From NCBI GenBank assembly GCA_017654855.1, contig CM030338.1:3720001-3784000 (forward strand): DNA of 64,000 nt, given 5' to 3'. The notes beneath the pieces were generated by a model, which was not told where the DNA came from, made no database searches, and saw nothing but the letters and a program-made list of their open reading frames with translations. The stretch comes from Podospora anserina (Eukaryota). Below, in pieces: positions 1 to 10,082 of the stretch (positions within the stretch are counted from its first letter, which is position 1; the number at the start of each line of letters is the position of its first letter). The position numbers and the translations under genes are program-made.

Positions 1-40
1 ACGCCGTCGTGGTAGTCCGCCGACACCATACTCGCCAGCA

Positions 41-1726
41 ATGGCATTTTCCTTGCTCCTTTCCGCATCCGTATTGCTCCTCTCCTCGACTTTTAGCGGC
101 CATGCGGTAGCTTCCTCCTTGCCATTCACAAACACCACGATACCACCAACAAATGTCTCGATACCGCACACACATGCCCCGATAAAGCTCATAAACTCGT
201 CGGTAATAGCGCATGACGACGGCTGCGTTCATCTGCCCATCGTTCACTCAACCAATGCCAACCACTTTTCCAAGAAGCGTGGTGTTCAGCTCCAGTTAGC
301 TAACCGGTCTGACATCGCGTACTACGCCCAACGTACATACGCCCTGTGTTCTGTGAGGTGACCGTCGTGAAGCTAACAAGTCTCTAGTGAGCATTGGTAC
401 ACCACCACAGCCGGTTTTCGTGCAGTTGGATACAGGATCATTTGAGCTGTGGGTGAATCCAGATTGTACCACCGTCCAGGGCGCCGACGCAGCATTCTGC
501 CAGCAAGTCGGCCGGTACGATGGCAATACATCTTCGACAGCCAAATCGCTGGGGACCACCAAGACGTTGAAGTATGGCATCGGTACTGCCAACATCACGT
601 ATTTTGAAGACACCATCACTCTTGCCGGGACAGCCACCGCCCTCCAGGCCGTCCAGTTTGGCGTGGCCACCGCAACAGAAGATACCTTCTCGGGTATTCT
701 GGGTATTGGGTATGGGAAGGGCATTGCCACCAAATACAAAAACTTTGTCGATCAGCTTGTTGCCCAGAACGCTATCAGAGCAAAGGCATACACCCTCGCG
801 CTGGGTAGTAAAGAAGAGAAGGAAGGAGTCATTGTGTTTGGTGGTGTTGACCCCTCGAAATTCGCCGGTCCCTTGGCCAAGCTGCCCATTATTGATGCCA
901 ACAACTCACCGGACCAAGTGCCTCGTTTCTGGGTCGACATGAATTCGATTGCTATCACGCCACCCAACAACGATACGAAAGTGTACGAGGGCAGCAAGAT
1001 GCCTGTGTTCCTGGACTCCGGGTCGACAATGACACTGCTTCCACCCGATCTTGCAGCGACGATCGCGAAGGACTTTGGGGCCGACAAAGAGGATGACAAC
1101 GGGTTTTACCGCATCGACTGCGGTTTGACATCCATGAACGGAACCCTGGACTTCTCCTTCAATGGACTCAACATCAGAGTCCCGTACAAGGAGATGATCA
1201 GAGAGGTACCCAGCAACCCGCCTGCGTGCTTCTTGGGCATTACACCAAGCAAGAAGTTTACCCTTTTGGGGGACACATTTCTACGGTCTGCTTATGGTAT
1301 GTTTTCGGTCCGCCACAGTGTTATACACGGTCACACTAACGGGGTGAGACAGTCGTGTTCGACCTCGAGACAAACTCTATTTGGATGACGCAAGCTACAA
1401 GCTGCGGTTCCACCCCTGCGGCACTTGGTAGCGTTAACGATCTGTCCATGGTGGTGGGCGCGTGCGGTTTGACAGCTGAACCAGCGGTGACCGTTTCGAG
1501 TGCTGGCGGCACAACGGCGACCCCTGGTGTTGGTGTTGGTGGTGGTGGTACTGGATCGGATACGAACGGGGCCTCTGCGACAGTCTCCACGGTTGTGGTG
1601 CCTGAATCGCCACCAGGTGCAACCTCGACAGCAGGGTCACCAGTTACTTCATCAAGTTCAAGATGTCATCCGATGGCGGTCGTTGCCATGGCTTTTGCCC
1701 TCTTGGCCCTGGCGAACATGGGTTGA
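41..1726 (+). CDS. Secreted, probably GPI-anchored A1 (pepsin/yapsin-like) aspartic protease; 3 exons (41-332, 388-1296, 1353-1726)
   Basis: Signal peptide; KKR maturation site; catalytic motifs VQLDTGS and FLDSGST; LLGDTFLRSAY motif; introns 333-387 (gtacat..gctaac..ctag) and 1297-1352 (gtatgt..ctaac..cag) join the frames; Ser/Thr-rich tail ending in a hydrophobic C-terminus. Confidence 0.93.
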
Positions 1727-2155
1727 GAAAATAACCCGTCGAATTTTTGTATATACCCTTTCAACTGTGTTTACTAGAAGGGTGCCTGGCTGATGAAGGA
1801 GCCATGGCGCCGATTTAATGACATGATACCTACTGGTCTGTCTCCGTCCACGTGTTCCATCAAGTATCTAGTAGAAATGGCCAGGCCGCACCGAGTCACA
1901 TCTGCTGTACGGATACACATATACCTTGGAGGATAGTTATTAGGCTTTGAAAGATACCTAATTTACAGGCTCGAGGGTATAATAAAGTGAATAGGATCAC
2001 ATCATAAGATTCTTAGTCTACATGCTCTATTACACTCCATCTTTAACACGCCTCCTCATTCTTCCCTACAGTGTAAAGTATCGACATCCGCGTCCTTAGA
2101 CCTAACGCCTCCTTCCAGGCCTTGGTTCATACAAGGGGATTCCCCTGTATGAGCA

Positions 2156-3595
2156 CTACCTTACATGACTTGGATCTGGTTGGGGCAGTGATTCATCATC
2201 CCAGTTGATCACCTTTCTCTTCCGGCTTCTTTTTGGGCTCTCATCTTGCTTTTCTCCAGCCGTATCCATATTCACATCGCCCTCCCGGTCCTGCCCATAC
2301 CCCACCCCATCATCATTCCCACCCCCGACAGCCTCGGAGACGTCTTTCATCTCAGCGTCCCTGTTATCACCACCATCTTCACCCGAGCCGTCACCATCAT
2401 CAGCAATACCACCTTCCGCATGCTCGTAACTCGCCCGCCGACCGGTCAACACGCCCAAAACCCACACCCTCGCCTCCCCAATCTTCTCCACCACTTCATC
2501 CCTTCTCTTCTCCGCCTCAGACAGCTTCTCCTCCGCATTGACAACCCTTCTCTCGGCAGCAGCAACGCGTCTATCCACCCTCGACATTCCCTCCCCCGGA
2601 CCTGACCGTGTCGGATACTCCCGCTCCGTAGCCCTCGCCGCGCTGGCTTCCGCTCTCTTTTGCGCGCGGTTCTTCCTCTGTTTTTCCTCGCGCACAGCAG
2701 AGGAACATTCCCCGACGTGATCCTCACATAGTCTCAGGTGCAGGTGTAACAACCCTTGCTTTGGTTCATCATCTGGGTTTGCGTCGGGGAGGAGCCAAGG
2801 GAGGGAGACAGGCGTGAACAAGTCTTGTATCTTGGCCAGCCGCTCGCCGTATCTCGAAATGATCCAGCAGTTGCCCTGGCAGGATTCCTGGGTGAGCTTT
2901 TGGTGGATCTGGGCAGTGTAGAGCGTCGAGGGGTGAAGACAATGGGCGCAGGGAGGCCGAGGGTCGCGGGGCCCAGGCGCGGCGGAGGACTGGTAAGTGA
3001 GGGGTTTGCTGCTGGGATGGAGGGTGGTTGGACGCTGGGATTGTGGGTGATCTTGTTCGTCCACGGAGAAGGGGCGCGAGGAGAGGAAGTGTGGTCGTTC
3101 GCAAGCGCAGCACTGGATGCCTGCTGGGGTGAGCCGATTGGGGATCAGGTTCACGCCAGAAAGGGTGCAAATTGGATTCGAAAACTTGTTGAGAAGGATG
3201 CAAGACAGAATCATCGGTTTTTTGCAGTTCCAACATGTCGATGGTTGCAGCTTGGGTACCTTGTTCTTCTCAGGCTTGTGTGACGCTTTCTGCTTTGTTG
3301 GCTTCCAGTCTTTAATGTTTGGAATATCCTCATAGTCAGAAGACGAGCTCTCAAGATAGGAGGAGAGGATTTCTTGCTGGCGAACAGGTTGGACAAGAAT
3401 CGGGGGTGATATTAGAGGGTTGAGATGGAGCTCGTAGGCGTTGCAAAGTGTTTGACAATTGCAAGACTGACATTGCCACCGACGGGGAAGAATTATTTCG
3501 TGTGCGCCGAGGGATATGATGGGTGGAGGTGGGCGTCCTAGAGGTTGGCTGAACCCTGGGATGCCAGATATGGCCAGAATACACCTGTCCGCCAT
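2156..3595 (-). CDS. Hypothetical 479-aa protein with Cys-pair (zinc-ribbon-like) modules, a coiled coil and an acidic/basic tail
   Basis: Intronless long ORF; WQCQSC..CWNC..C and QCCAC..CAHC..CQGNC motifs; E/K/R-rich helix; PKRSRKRK putative NLS. Confidence 0.75.
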   Translation of the reverse strand: MADRCILAISGIPGFSQPLGRPPPPIISLGAHEIILPRRWQCQSCNCQTLCNAYELHLNPLISPPILVQPVRQQEILSSYLESSSSDYEDIPNIKDWKPTKQKASHKPEKNKVPKLQPSTCWNCKKPMILSCILLNKFSNPICTLSGVNLIPNRLTPAGIQCCACERPHFLSSRPFSVDEQDHPQSQRPTTLHPSSKPLTYQSSAAPGPRDPRPPCAHCLHPSTLYTAQIHQKLTQESCQGNCWIISRYGERLAKIQDLFTPVSLPWLLPDANPDDEPKQGLLHLHLRLCEDHVGECSSAVREEKQRKNRAQKRAEASAARATEREYPTRSGPGEGMSRVDRRVAAAERRVVNAEEKLSEAEKRRDEVVEKIGEARVWVLGVLTGRRASYEHAEGGIADDGDGSGEDGGDNRDAEMKDVSEAVGGGNDDGVGYGQDREGDVNMDTAGEKQDESPKRSRKRKVINWDDESLPQPDPSHVR

Positions 3596-4232
3596 GTTGC
3601 CTGGGTAGGTATGCCAAAGTCAGGTTGTGGATGAAATTTGTGAAGAGGGTTGGTGGTGTTAGGTCTTCTGTCGTGGTCGTGGTTGAAGAAGGACAACGTG
3701 GGAATTCTGGAGTTTCAGTAAACAAATTTACTTCCATCCTTGGGTGCCTACCTGCCGGCTTTGAATATGGGGCGGCGACAGTGGCAGCGCTGCTAGGTGC
3801 TCCGCTCCGTCGTCGTCTCGACGGAAGACCTGGTGACACCCAGCCACCATTCGTAACCTACCATAATAGGTAGCCGATAGACTTATAGACAAGGTCTTTG
3901 ACAGTTCTCCATTGTTCAGTGGCAGCAGGGATCGATTGTATTTGTTATTAATGGGGACATCACAATATCTTTGAAGAAAAATGGGATAGCAGTTTCAGTG
4001 ATAGACCCCTACTGTTTCTGTACATGTAAGCCATTTGTGAGTGTAATTGCTTCTGAGACTTTTCCATCGCGTGTACATGTAGAAACAAAAAGCTAAGACC
4101 ATGTGTACCGTGGTATATTGTGAAATGGTTATGTTTGCTTCGAGACTAAACATATATCAGGTTCAATCCCTATTTGCCTTCTGACCCTACTACTCAGGTG
4201 TGGAACACATTCATGAGTATCAGCATTGTCAA

Positions 4233-5304
4233 TTAGCAATCCTCGTCTTGGTTCTCTTCATCTCCCGTTTCCTGATTGTCATTCTCCTCATTATCTTCGT
4301 CTTTGTCACCAACATCTAGGATCTTCATTTGAGACAGTTCCATGACACCTTGAGACTTTCTTCTCGTCTCTGGCTTTGTACGAGCCATGCCTCCACCCAG
4401 GTTCCGTGCCATCACGGCTACAGCACTTGTATATGAATCCATCTGGATATGCCACCCTGTGATAAAGAGTATCTTTGGGAGATGGGGCACTAAAGGTAGC
4501 AATATTCCAGGCAGCGCGCTGCTCATTCAAACTCGAGAGGAGCTAAGAGTATTCGGGTTAGCTGTCGAAAAGACCAACTGGATCTTTCCTTCAAGACTTT
4601 AGAACATGAAGTCTCAACTTACCTGAATGGCAGGAGCAGGCAGATTGACCATTAGCCCCTTCATCAAACCTTTTATTGCAAAGTCCACAGATGCGAAGAC
4701 TGGCATCATCGTCGTTCCTCTTTCGCTTCATACCTATACCAGCATCCGGCTGTGTGGCAACTGTAATCTTGTCCTGGGGCCTTATGAACCCCAACTTCAC
4801 AAGGCTTTGCATCACCGTCCCCTTTGCAGCACGTCCAGATGAACCCCTCAGGATGTTCATCTTTCTCCGCCAATGTCATCGGTCCCTCTCGCCACTCTTC
4901 CCATTCTTCCCATATCTCGGCGTCCTCGTTTTGCTCACACTCCCCTGGAATTGTTAACCGGACTGATGGAAGTACATAAAAATGGGTCTGATAGACATAC
5001 CATCGTGGTACTCGCACTCTCCGTGCTTGTTTTCAGAGTCGAAAAATGTCTCTTCACATCGCTCACATAAATGAAATTCCGACTGGAGAGAAATTGGTGC
5101 GGTTATTTTGACTGCTGGCTTGAAAGTTCCAGCTGCATCTACTCTGCCAAGCAAAGGAATGGTGCATACTTGGTGAAGGGTAGAGAGATATTCGGTGAGG
5201 GTCTTTTGCACGTCGCCGTTCTTGCTGCATAGCACTCTGAGCGCTGCCTTGATATGATCTGGTGGTGCATTTAGGATGTCGCTGATATTGTCGAATACAG
5301 CCAT
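4233..5304 (-). CDS. Paralog A of Cys/His (CHORD-like) tandem array; possible intact 180-aa single-module protein (5304-5001, 4944-4706) followed by a frameshifted, decayed second module
   Basis: MAVFDNISDILNAPPDHIKAALRVLC..CERC..N..CEYHDG, intron 5000-4945, then GECEQ..WEEW..PEGFIWTCC..PC..H; second module (ICGLC..N..CSCHSG, donor at 4622, YPDGFIYKCC) lies in other frames. Confidence 0.7.
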
Positions 5305-5620
5305 TCTGCTCGAGGTGAATCGCTTTCAACTTGGTGCTTGTTTGTAATGTGTTGTGTGAGTTTGGGGACCGGGCAAAGGGTGAACGCGTCTGGGAAATTA
5401 CAAATGGCATGGCAAGATGGCCCAAGCCACCCCTAAGCACAGTGTGAACTTCTCTAGGTTTGACAGCTCGAAAAATAATTATGCTAGTTTTTTTACAAGA
5501 TTGTATTAGGCTCCTGCATGGGTGACAGAGGTAGAGCCTGAGCCTAGAGATGAAGTAGTTAAGTGAAACACAACGTATCCCCTGTCCCTTTTATGTCCTC
5601 TGCTTATTGCTCCTCTCCCT

Positions 5621-6340
5621 TCACCTTCTTATCACCCTTTGCTCTGTGAGGCCCTGTGGTACATCCAGAGACACCTCCATTAGTGTCACAAACTCACAAG
5701 TGTGATAAGTGCGAGCATCGTTTGAGTTGTTGGCATCAGTGAATGCCTGGTCGCAGCGCTCACAAATCTTCAGGTCGTCATGCTCTTCTCTCTCACGCTT
5801 GACTGAGATGCCGGTTCCTTGAGCAGAGGAATGCTGAAGGTGATGAAAGAGGTGCAGAGGGTTCATGCTTTTGACTCTTGCACCGTTGTTCCGTAGCTCG
5901 CCTGTCGCAACATATCCAGAGGAAGCCCTCTGGGTATTCCATTTGATTGTCTGGAGTGTCCATAGGTCCATAGTGATCTTCTTCATAACCATTCCAAACA
6001 CTGGAATCTTCAACTACCATACATTCTCCAGTATTAAGCTCAGTATTAAGCTCTTAACACGTGCTGCGTTTTGTCAGAGATTGCTGCTCAGGGAGGGGGG
6101 CTTACCATCATGAAACCAGCGCGCGCCATCTTTATTATCAGTTTCTAAGAATGGATTTTTGCAATTGTGCAAAAATTGCAGCTCGGCCGATCAGTCAGGC
6201 TTCTGTTCTCTGACAATGGAAAGATATTCGGCAATGGTATCGCATGCTTCTTTGTTCTTGGTGCAGAAAATGCGCAGAGCAGTACCTAGATGCTCTGGCG
6301 GTGCATTCAGAATGTCGTCAGGTTTCTAGGAGTTTTCCAT
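5621..6340 (-). pseudogene. Paralog B of Cys/His (CHORD-like) tandem array, pseudogene
   Basis: ATG at 6340 reads MENS*KPDDILNAPPEHLGTALRIFCTKN.. with in-frame TAG and TGA; intron donor after WFHDG (6105) but acceptor reads ctg instead of cag; YPEGFLWICC..C..H; frameshift before second module ICERC..N..TYHT. Confidence 0.8.
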
Positions 6341-6624
6341 GGTTCTTCTTAAATGACTATTGGGCGTTGGTTGTGTTTAAGTTGGCAAAGTGAACATTGC
6401 AATGTGAAGCGATAAATGCTATCCTCAGAAGTCGCGTTTGGACAAACGCGTCCGGTAGAGCTGAAGTCTGGGGTTATCTATCATGCCGGACACTTTTCCT
6501 TTTTCATTAAGCCGTTCATGGCCCGAGGCCACTGGCATCACTATCATAAGATTACAAATAAATCTGCCAAAACACTAAAACTCAGAAATGTACCTGGTCA
6601 CTATTTACACACTCCAAACACAGT

Positions 6625-7763
6625 TCATAGACACTCTTCCTGATTACTCCCGGGCCTCATCACAGCCTTTGGAATCGTCTTCTCCCTCGTATTCCGCTTC
6701 CTCATGCTCCGGCTTAGAATCCGACTTAAACCTTCCTCTCTTGGAGTTCTTGCCCTAATGCCTCCTAAATTTACAATCACGTTTTCTCGCCGGGTGTCTT
6801 TCCTATCCCTAGGCTCGTGAGCTAGCTCATCCCAGTCATACCAGACATATGAGTCTTCATCAAGCTCTGACAGACCCGATATATATTCTTCTGATGTCCT
6901 GGATACAGACAGTACCAATCCAAAAGCCGGCCAAGTTTGTTTGCCACAGAACACGATGTGAAGACTGGATGGTAGAGCTACCTCCTATATCTCACAAAAC
7001 GGTTGGATTCAGGTGCCTGATAATCTGAGTGCTCCCTCTTCCGCTTCATCTTTCTGAGAACGACAGCCTCCATGTCTGATATCTTGCGATATATAGGCTG
7101 TGTTGGGTCCCTGGCTTGATGATGCCCAAGTGTACAGCCTGACCGGCCGCCTTCTTTGTCGCAATAGGTGTACTTGAAGCCAGCAAGGTACAGATCCTTA
7201 TTCCTCTCATCATCACGAGGATCCCCCGCATCTGAGTCCCAGTCCTCCCACTCCCCCGCTTCCCAGGCGCATTCTAGTTCGCCTTCATGAACAGAAGAAA
7301 CTATTAGCAACACGGCAAGTCAAATTCGAGCGGTAGACAACTTGAAGGGCGATTACCAGGATGATATCGGCACTCGTTTGCTTGGTGCTTTGACACAAAA
7401 AAGCTAGCCTCGCACTGTACACACTCAATATAGTCGTGTTTGACCCTAGGCTTCGGTGCAGGGGCGGCGGCGCGAACCGGAGCCGGAGCAGGCGGGCGGC
7501 CAGAAGTAGAGGTGCGAGTGGAAGAGGAAGTATGACTAGAAGTAAAAGTACGACTAGGGAGTAGGAGCCGGAGCACGTGGAGGACCAGGGGCGGGAGTGG
7601 TCACGGGAGCTCGCAGTGGGCGTTTCTTCTGGAGATTTTTGAGATGTCTGACCAGCCGAATACTGACCACCTCATCGTTATTGCACAAAGCATACATTGC
7701 ATCGCGCAGATGCTCTTCCGGCGCATTGAAAAGGTAGTCCAACCTTTCCGCATGCGTAGCCAT
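6625..7763 (-). pseudogene. Paralog C of Cys/His (CHORD-like) tandem array, frameshifted
   Basis: MATHAERLDYLFNAPEEHLRDAMYALC; +1 frameshift near 7557; CVQC..N.CRYHPG, intron 7356-7283, WEDWD..GFKYTYC..GC..H; degenerate second module (*LYHP..VWYDWDE) at 6625-6980. Confidence 0.75.
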
Positions 7764-7958
7764 GATGAAAGAGAAGATAAAGTCGGGGAACATGAGGATG
7801 AATGCCGAAAAGATTCAGAGCTTTGAATTTTGAGCAGATATAAACATGCAAACAGAGTGCGCTCGTGGGATTGCAATTTCCCTATCTGAGCCCCACCGAC
7901 TTGGCAACTGTTGACACCCCTTTTTTTCTCTATTGACACCAAGTCTTTGTACGCCTTC

Positions 7959-8520
7959 TCACTCTTTACTGATCTTCGAGACCGACCTCTTTCTTTGCCT
8001 TCTCTTTTCTGCCAAGGCTTTGTCTTCGAGTAATTGGTGTTTGCCATATGTACAACCTCGTGCGCTCGCAATCTTGTCGCAGCACATGTGTACCGAAACC
8101 CTCCAGGCTTGTTCTCACGGTTTTCGGGAGTGTCTTGGAGACCGTTATCTTCCCAAACCCAACCTTCCCAAGTGTATGATGAATCATCCACCACAAGAGA
8201 CTCTACGATCCGGTTAGTTGAGGAAACTGGAATGTTGGAAAAGGAAGTAGCCTGCCAGGATGATAGCGGCAGTCTCCATCAAGGTCATAATCTCGGACCC
8301 AAGCCTTGTTACATTGGCAACAGATATCAACTTCAAATGCATCCCCATCTTCCTCGCTCTCCTCCCCCTCCCCATCATAGGACTGAACCGCCTCCAAAGC
8401 TTGCGTCAAGCGTTCCCGGAGCTTCACATCAACCTTGCATTGTGCTTTCAAAACAGCACGAAGTTGACATTCAGGTGCCTTGCGATCCGTTCTGCGCTCC
8501 ATGTCTCTTGATATTCGCAT
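7959..8520 (-). pseudogene. Paralog D of Cys/His (CHORD-like) tandem array, frameshifted
   Basis: KAPECQLRAVLKAQC..CCQC..DCRYHPG; non-canonical gcaggc donor at the conserved intron position; WEGWVWE..PGGFRYT then a 2-nt shift into CCDKIASARGCTYGKH. Confidence 0.75.
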
Positions 8521-9358
8521 TCACTGACCGATTCCTCTTCCGAGTCCATCGCTGGGAATGATTTGCTGAGGTTGGTGGGTTTGAGGTGAAAGTTGGGTCA
8601 ACTTGAACAAACTGGTAAATAGTGTCGAGTTTAAATCGAACTGCACTCGAGCTATGCCCAAGAGAGTTAGTTAAATGAGCCTCATATTCATCTTGGTATT
8701 TGTCATTATCGAGAGCCTGCCGAGGTTATTGCTAGTTTACGAAGTGAAAGTTGCAGCACCATCTCTACAGTAAATCCTTCCTTGCACAGTGGTCGCCAAC
8801 ATGGAGTTTTGTGTGAGACGTTGAGGTCTGGCCCCAATCCCGGTTGACCGGAGTCACTCGGCCCGACCATGTGGTGGTCGCCAAACAGTCAACGACCAGA
8901 CCGGCGGTTTCGGCCGCCGTGTTACCGAGATTCGTCCCACTGCTCGGAGGCCGGGGCCACGGAGGAGTCCTCTTGTCAAAAGTTGAAGTCAGGGAGGCCG
9001 GTGACACGTTGAGCCAGACACGACTGATATTTGTCAGGCAAAAGTCATGAAACACACCAAAAGACCACTTTCAGCTGCGATCATCAAATGTTGTTTCTGC
9101 GTTTCTGCGTGTTCTCCACAGCAGGCCAGGGAAGTGGCCGTTGGAATGGCTAAAAAAAGGGGGCCATGGGCGGGGTACCGTTGGATAGCTCCGGCTCTGG
9201 GAATTCCAGCATCTGGTTCCAGGTTTTCCAGAGGTGGGGCCTTTTTCAGGGGGACCACCTTTTGCCAGTTGCCGCCAATTCCCGGAACGCGCGGATACGA
9301 GTGAACACGAGCGAGTTGGATCATGACAAACGGATGAACCATGCCGGCGGACCACAAC

Positions 9359-9363
<5 letters not shown>

Positions 9364-9389
<26 letters not shown>
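9364..9389. repeat. (CA)13 microsatellite
   Basis: cacacacacacacacacacacacaca read directly. Confidence 0.95.
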
Positions 9390-10082
9390 GTTCCAGGTTG
9401 GATCACCACCTCGGCGCGTGGGTAGGTAGTTTGTGCTGCTGTTACCAGTCACCAGCATGGAATTGTCCCATTCGGTTTTTGATGGCAACATGTGCTCACC
9501 TTTTTAGTGCAAAATTGATGCATGTTGTGCCTGGGCAGAAATGGGGCACACTGGGGCATCCTGTCGATCGGCAGTCGCCAAGAGATGAGATGACTTCTTG
9601 GGGCTGTGCTCAGCCGCCCTGGCATTGGACATGGACCTGCAGCATGCAGCAGCACCGGCCAGGGGTTGGTTGACAGCCCAGGGCTGCTGTGTGGCCCCGT
9701 GGCGTCGAGAGCCCGTAATAATAATTTCGCGACCCCAGCCAGGCCATCGTGTGGTGTTCCTCTTTTTTCTTCAAGACATCTCGACCTTCCTTCGCCGTCA
9801 CACCGAACACCTTCTCTTGCTCCTTCTTCCTCCATTCTTTGCTCATCCAACCGTCTCCCGAGACGACCACGTTCTTTCCCAACACAACCTCTTCTGACAC
9901 TCGCTCACAAGTCACAACCGATTTTTACCGTTTTTAAACAGTTCTCGTGTGACGCAATCGCCAAGTCTGACAGTTGCTGCTCTACTCGCGCGTTTGCCAC
10001 TGCTTCAGCATCATTTAAAACCTCGAGGTCGAAGTTTAGCTCACCACCAGCTTCCCCTCACACCACACACACATCTCTCAAC

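Noticed and set aside
6326-6328. Premature TAG in copy B as a target of restorative A-to-I editing
   Set aside because: The aligned position in paralogs is not Trp, and the gene has several other lesions that editing could not fix
9606-10082. 159-codon in-frame extension upstream of the GH17 ATG
   Set aside because: No in-frame ATG; the signal peptide begins at 10083; composition looks like a pyrimidine-rich 5' UTR
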